Below are positions 62,675 to 64,000 of a stretch of 64,000 bases of DNA, piece by piece. The position numbers and the translations under genes are program-made. Below the pieces are notes generated by a model. That model was not told the origin of the DNA. It saw only the letters and a list, made by a program, of their open reading frames with translations, and did not search any database. Within the stretch, counting starts at the first letter, position 1; every line of letters begins with the position of its first letter. The DNA comes from Trichormus sp. ATA11-4-KO1. Its GTDB lineage: Bacteria; Cyanobacteriota; Cyanobacteriia; Cyanobacteriales; Nostocaceae. Where the stretch lies: contig JAHHIM010000073.1 in NCBI GenBank assembly GCA_019358915.1, positions 160,001-224,000 on the forward strand, written 5' to 3'.

Positions 62675-63895
62675 CTATGGTCTTATAGCCTTACCCACAA
62701 ACAGTTCCTGAAATACCTGAAGCCGTTGCTGTGCTGGTTCTGGCGTAATGCTACCCCATAAACTTTCCCAATAAAAAAAAGAAACGCCGGGAAAATTGCG
62801 ATCGCGTACCATCTTCACCTGTTTTTTGATTTGGGCAATATTCACAGGAGTCTGAGACGTTCCCGTTAATATCCCAATCCCTACAGGAATGCGAGTCCGT
62901 GCAAATTTCACTGCTGGTTGTTCGAGTTCAGTAAGAAAACTGTTTTTGTCATTACGATATACCTGCAATATCAACTCATCTACCAAACCTCTTCTCACCC
63001 AACTTTCCCAATCTTGTAAGTAATATTTATAGGCAAAACTTTGTGAATTAGGCGATAAAGATATTATGGCATTGGGTTTAATAGCTTTCACACTTTCATG
63101 GATTTCTACCATAAAATCAGTAATTTTAGTAGCCCGCCAACGCATCCATCTAGAATCAAACGGATCGCTTGGAGGACTTTTACCTTGATTTTCTCGCCGA
63201 TAGAGATCAACAGTAAAAGCATCGTAACCAAATTTTACAGGCATTCCAAAATGGTCGTCTAACTGAATACCATCTACATCGTAACGACTGACAACTTCCT
63301 CAATTAACCGTAAGATAAACTCTTGAACTTCCGGATGCAGAGGATTTAACCAAGCTTGCTGACGCGTTAAGTTCTCGTTAATTTCCTCCAAAATTTCATT
63401 AGTAGATTTTTTTCCGTCTTTCCCCATTGTTAACCAGTCAGGATAACGCTTGGCTAATGACGAATTTAGTGGTGTCATAAAACCATATTCAAACCAAGGA
63501 ATAATACTTAAACTTTGAGGTTTAGCCAGTTTGATGATTTTCGTTAAAACATCCTGTCCACCGTGCATTAAATTCAATAAAGGGTCAGCATCTGAACCTG
63601 TAACTTTTTTAGCTACAGTACTTTTATAAAAAGTATTACCTCGATTCCAAACTACAGGATAAATTGTATTAAATTTAAGTGCAGATAATTGGTTAATAGC
63701 GCGGTTAAGTCCCCAAGGAACAAACATCACACCACTAGCAACATTAGTCAGCCAAACACCACGAATTTCTGTTGTAGTGGGTAAGCTTTTATGCTTGTAA
63801 GGCACAGGTTGTGAAGGAAATGAAATGATTACATAGCATATTATTAATCCCAAACACAGCAAGTTAAAAAAACCACGTCTAGTCAACCAATTCAT
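62675..63895 (-). CDS. Glycoside hydrolase GHL10 (DUF187) family protein
   Basis: EIRGVWLTN, IPWFEYG, WLNPLHPEV, DGIQLDDHF. Confidence 0.9.
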   Translation of the reverse strand: MNWLTRRGFFNLLCLGLIICYVIISFPSQPVPYKHKSLPTTTEIRGVWLTNVASGVMFVPWGLNRAINQLSALKFNTIYPVVWNRGNTFYKSTVAKKVTGSDADPLLNLMHGGQDVLTKIIKLAKPQSLSIIPWFEYGFMTPLNSSLAKRYPDWLTMGKDGKKSTNEILEEINENLTRQQAWLNPLHPEVQEFILRLIEEVVSRYDVDGIQLDDHFGMPVKFGYDAFTVDLYRRENQGKSPPSDPFDSRWMRWRATKITDFMVEIHESVKAIKPNAIISLSPNSQSFAYKYYLQDWESWVRRGLVDELILQVYRNDKNSFLTELEQPAVKFARTRIPVGIGILTGTSQTPVNIAQIKKQVKMVRDRNFPGVSFFYWESLWGSITPEPAQQRLQVFQELFVGKAIRP

Positions 63896-64000
63896 TTGTA
63901 GGCTGGACTTTGTTTTGCAGGAACACTTTTAAATACATATTTAATTAGCATTCCTCCGGATGATGTGGTGATATCATCATATTATGAAAATCTCATGCAG

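Overview
Chromosomal window from a filamentous cyanobacterium, probably Nostocales. Evidence: dense HIP1 octamers (GCGATCGC), heptamer STRR repeats, psbV, petE and cphA2/cphB2. Most of it is core or housekeeping sequence: pepP, actP-like symporter, obgE, ftsI-like PBP, glgB, accD, pilD, leuB, osmoprotectant ABC transporter, ggt, aroE, dnaG and an amidase. The most notable region is a ~2.2 kb island (about 35.06-37.27 kb) that splits a sugar ABC transporter gene set. It holds an orphan CRISPR array with leader (11 identical 37-bp repeats, 10 spacers, one tandemly duplicated). Converging on the array is an AbiEii-type nucleotidyltransferase apparently fused to a small antitoxin-like domain. Behind it lies an unannotated DUF6883-like gene fragment that is cut off at the last CRISPR repeat. 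Other points of interest: two near-identical 173-bp MITEs with 10-bp target duplications inserted in short tandem repeats, a TA-flanked MITE, nested small repeats (including a 21-nt insert inside a HIP1 site), a canonical NtcA promoter ahead of an unknown small gene, two candidate sRNA loci, a reversed PIN toxin-antitoxin pair, and a hydrolase pseudogene with an internal deletion. All product calls come from motif recognition by eye; no database searches were run.
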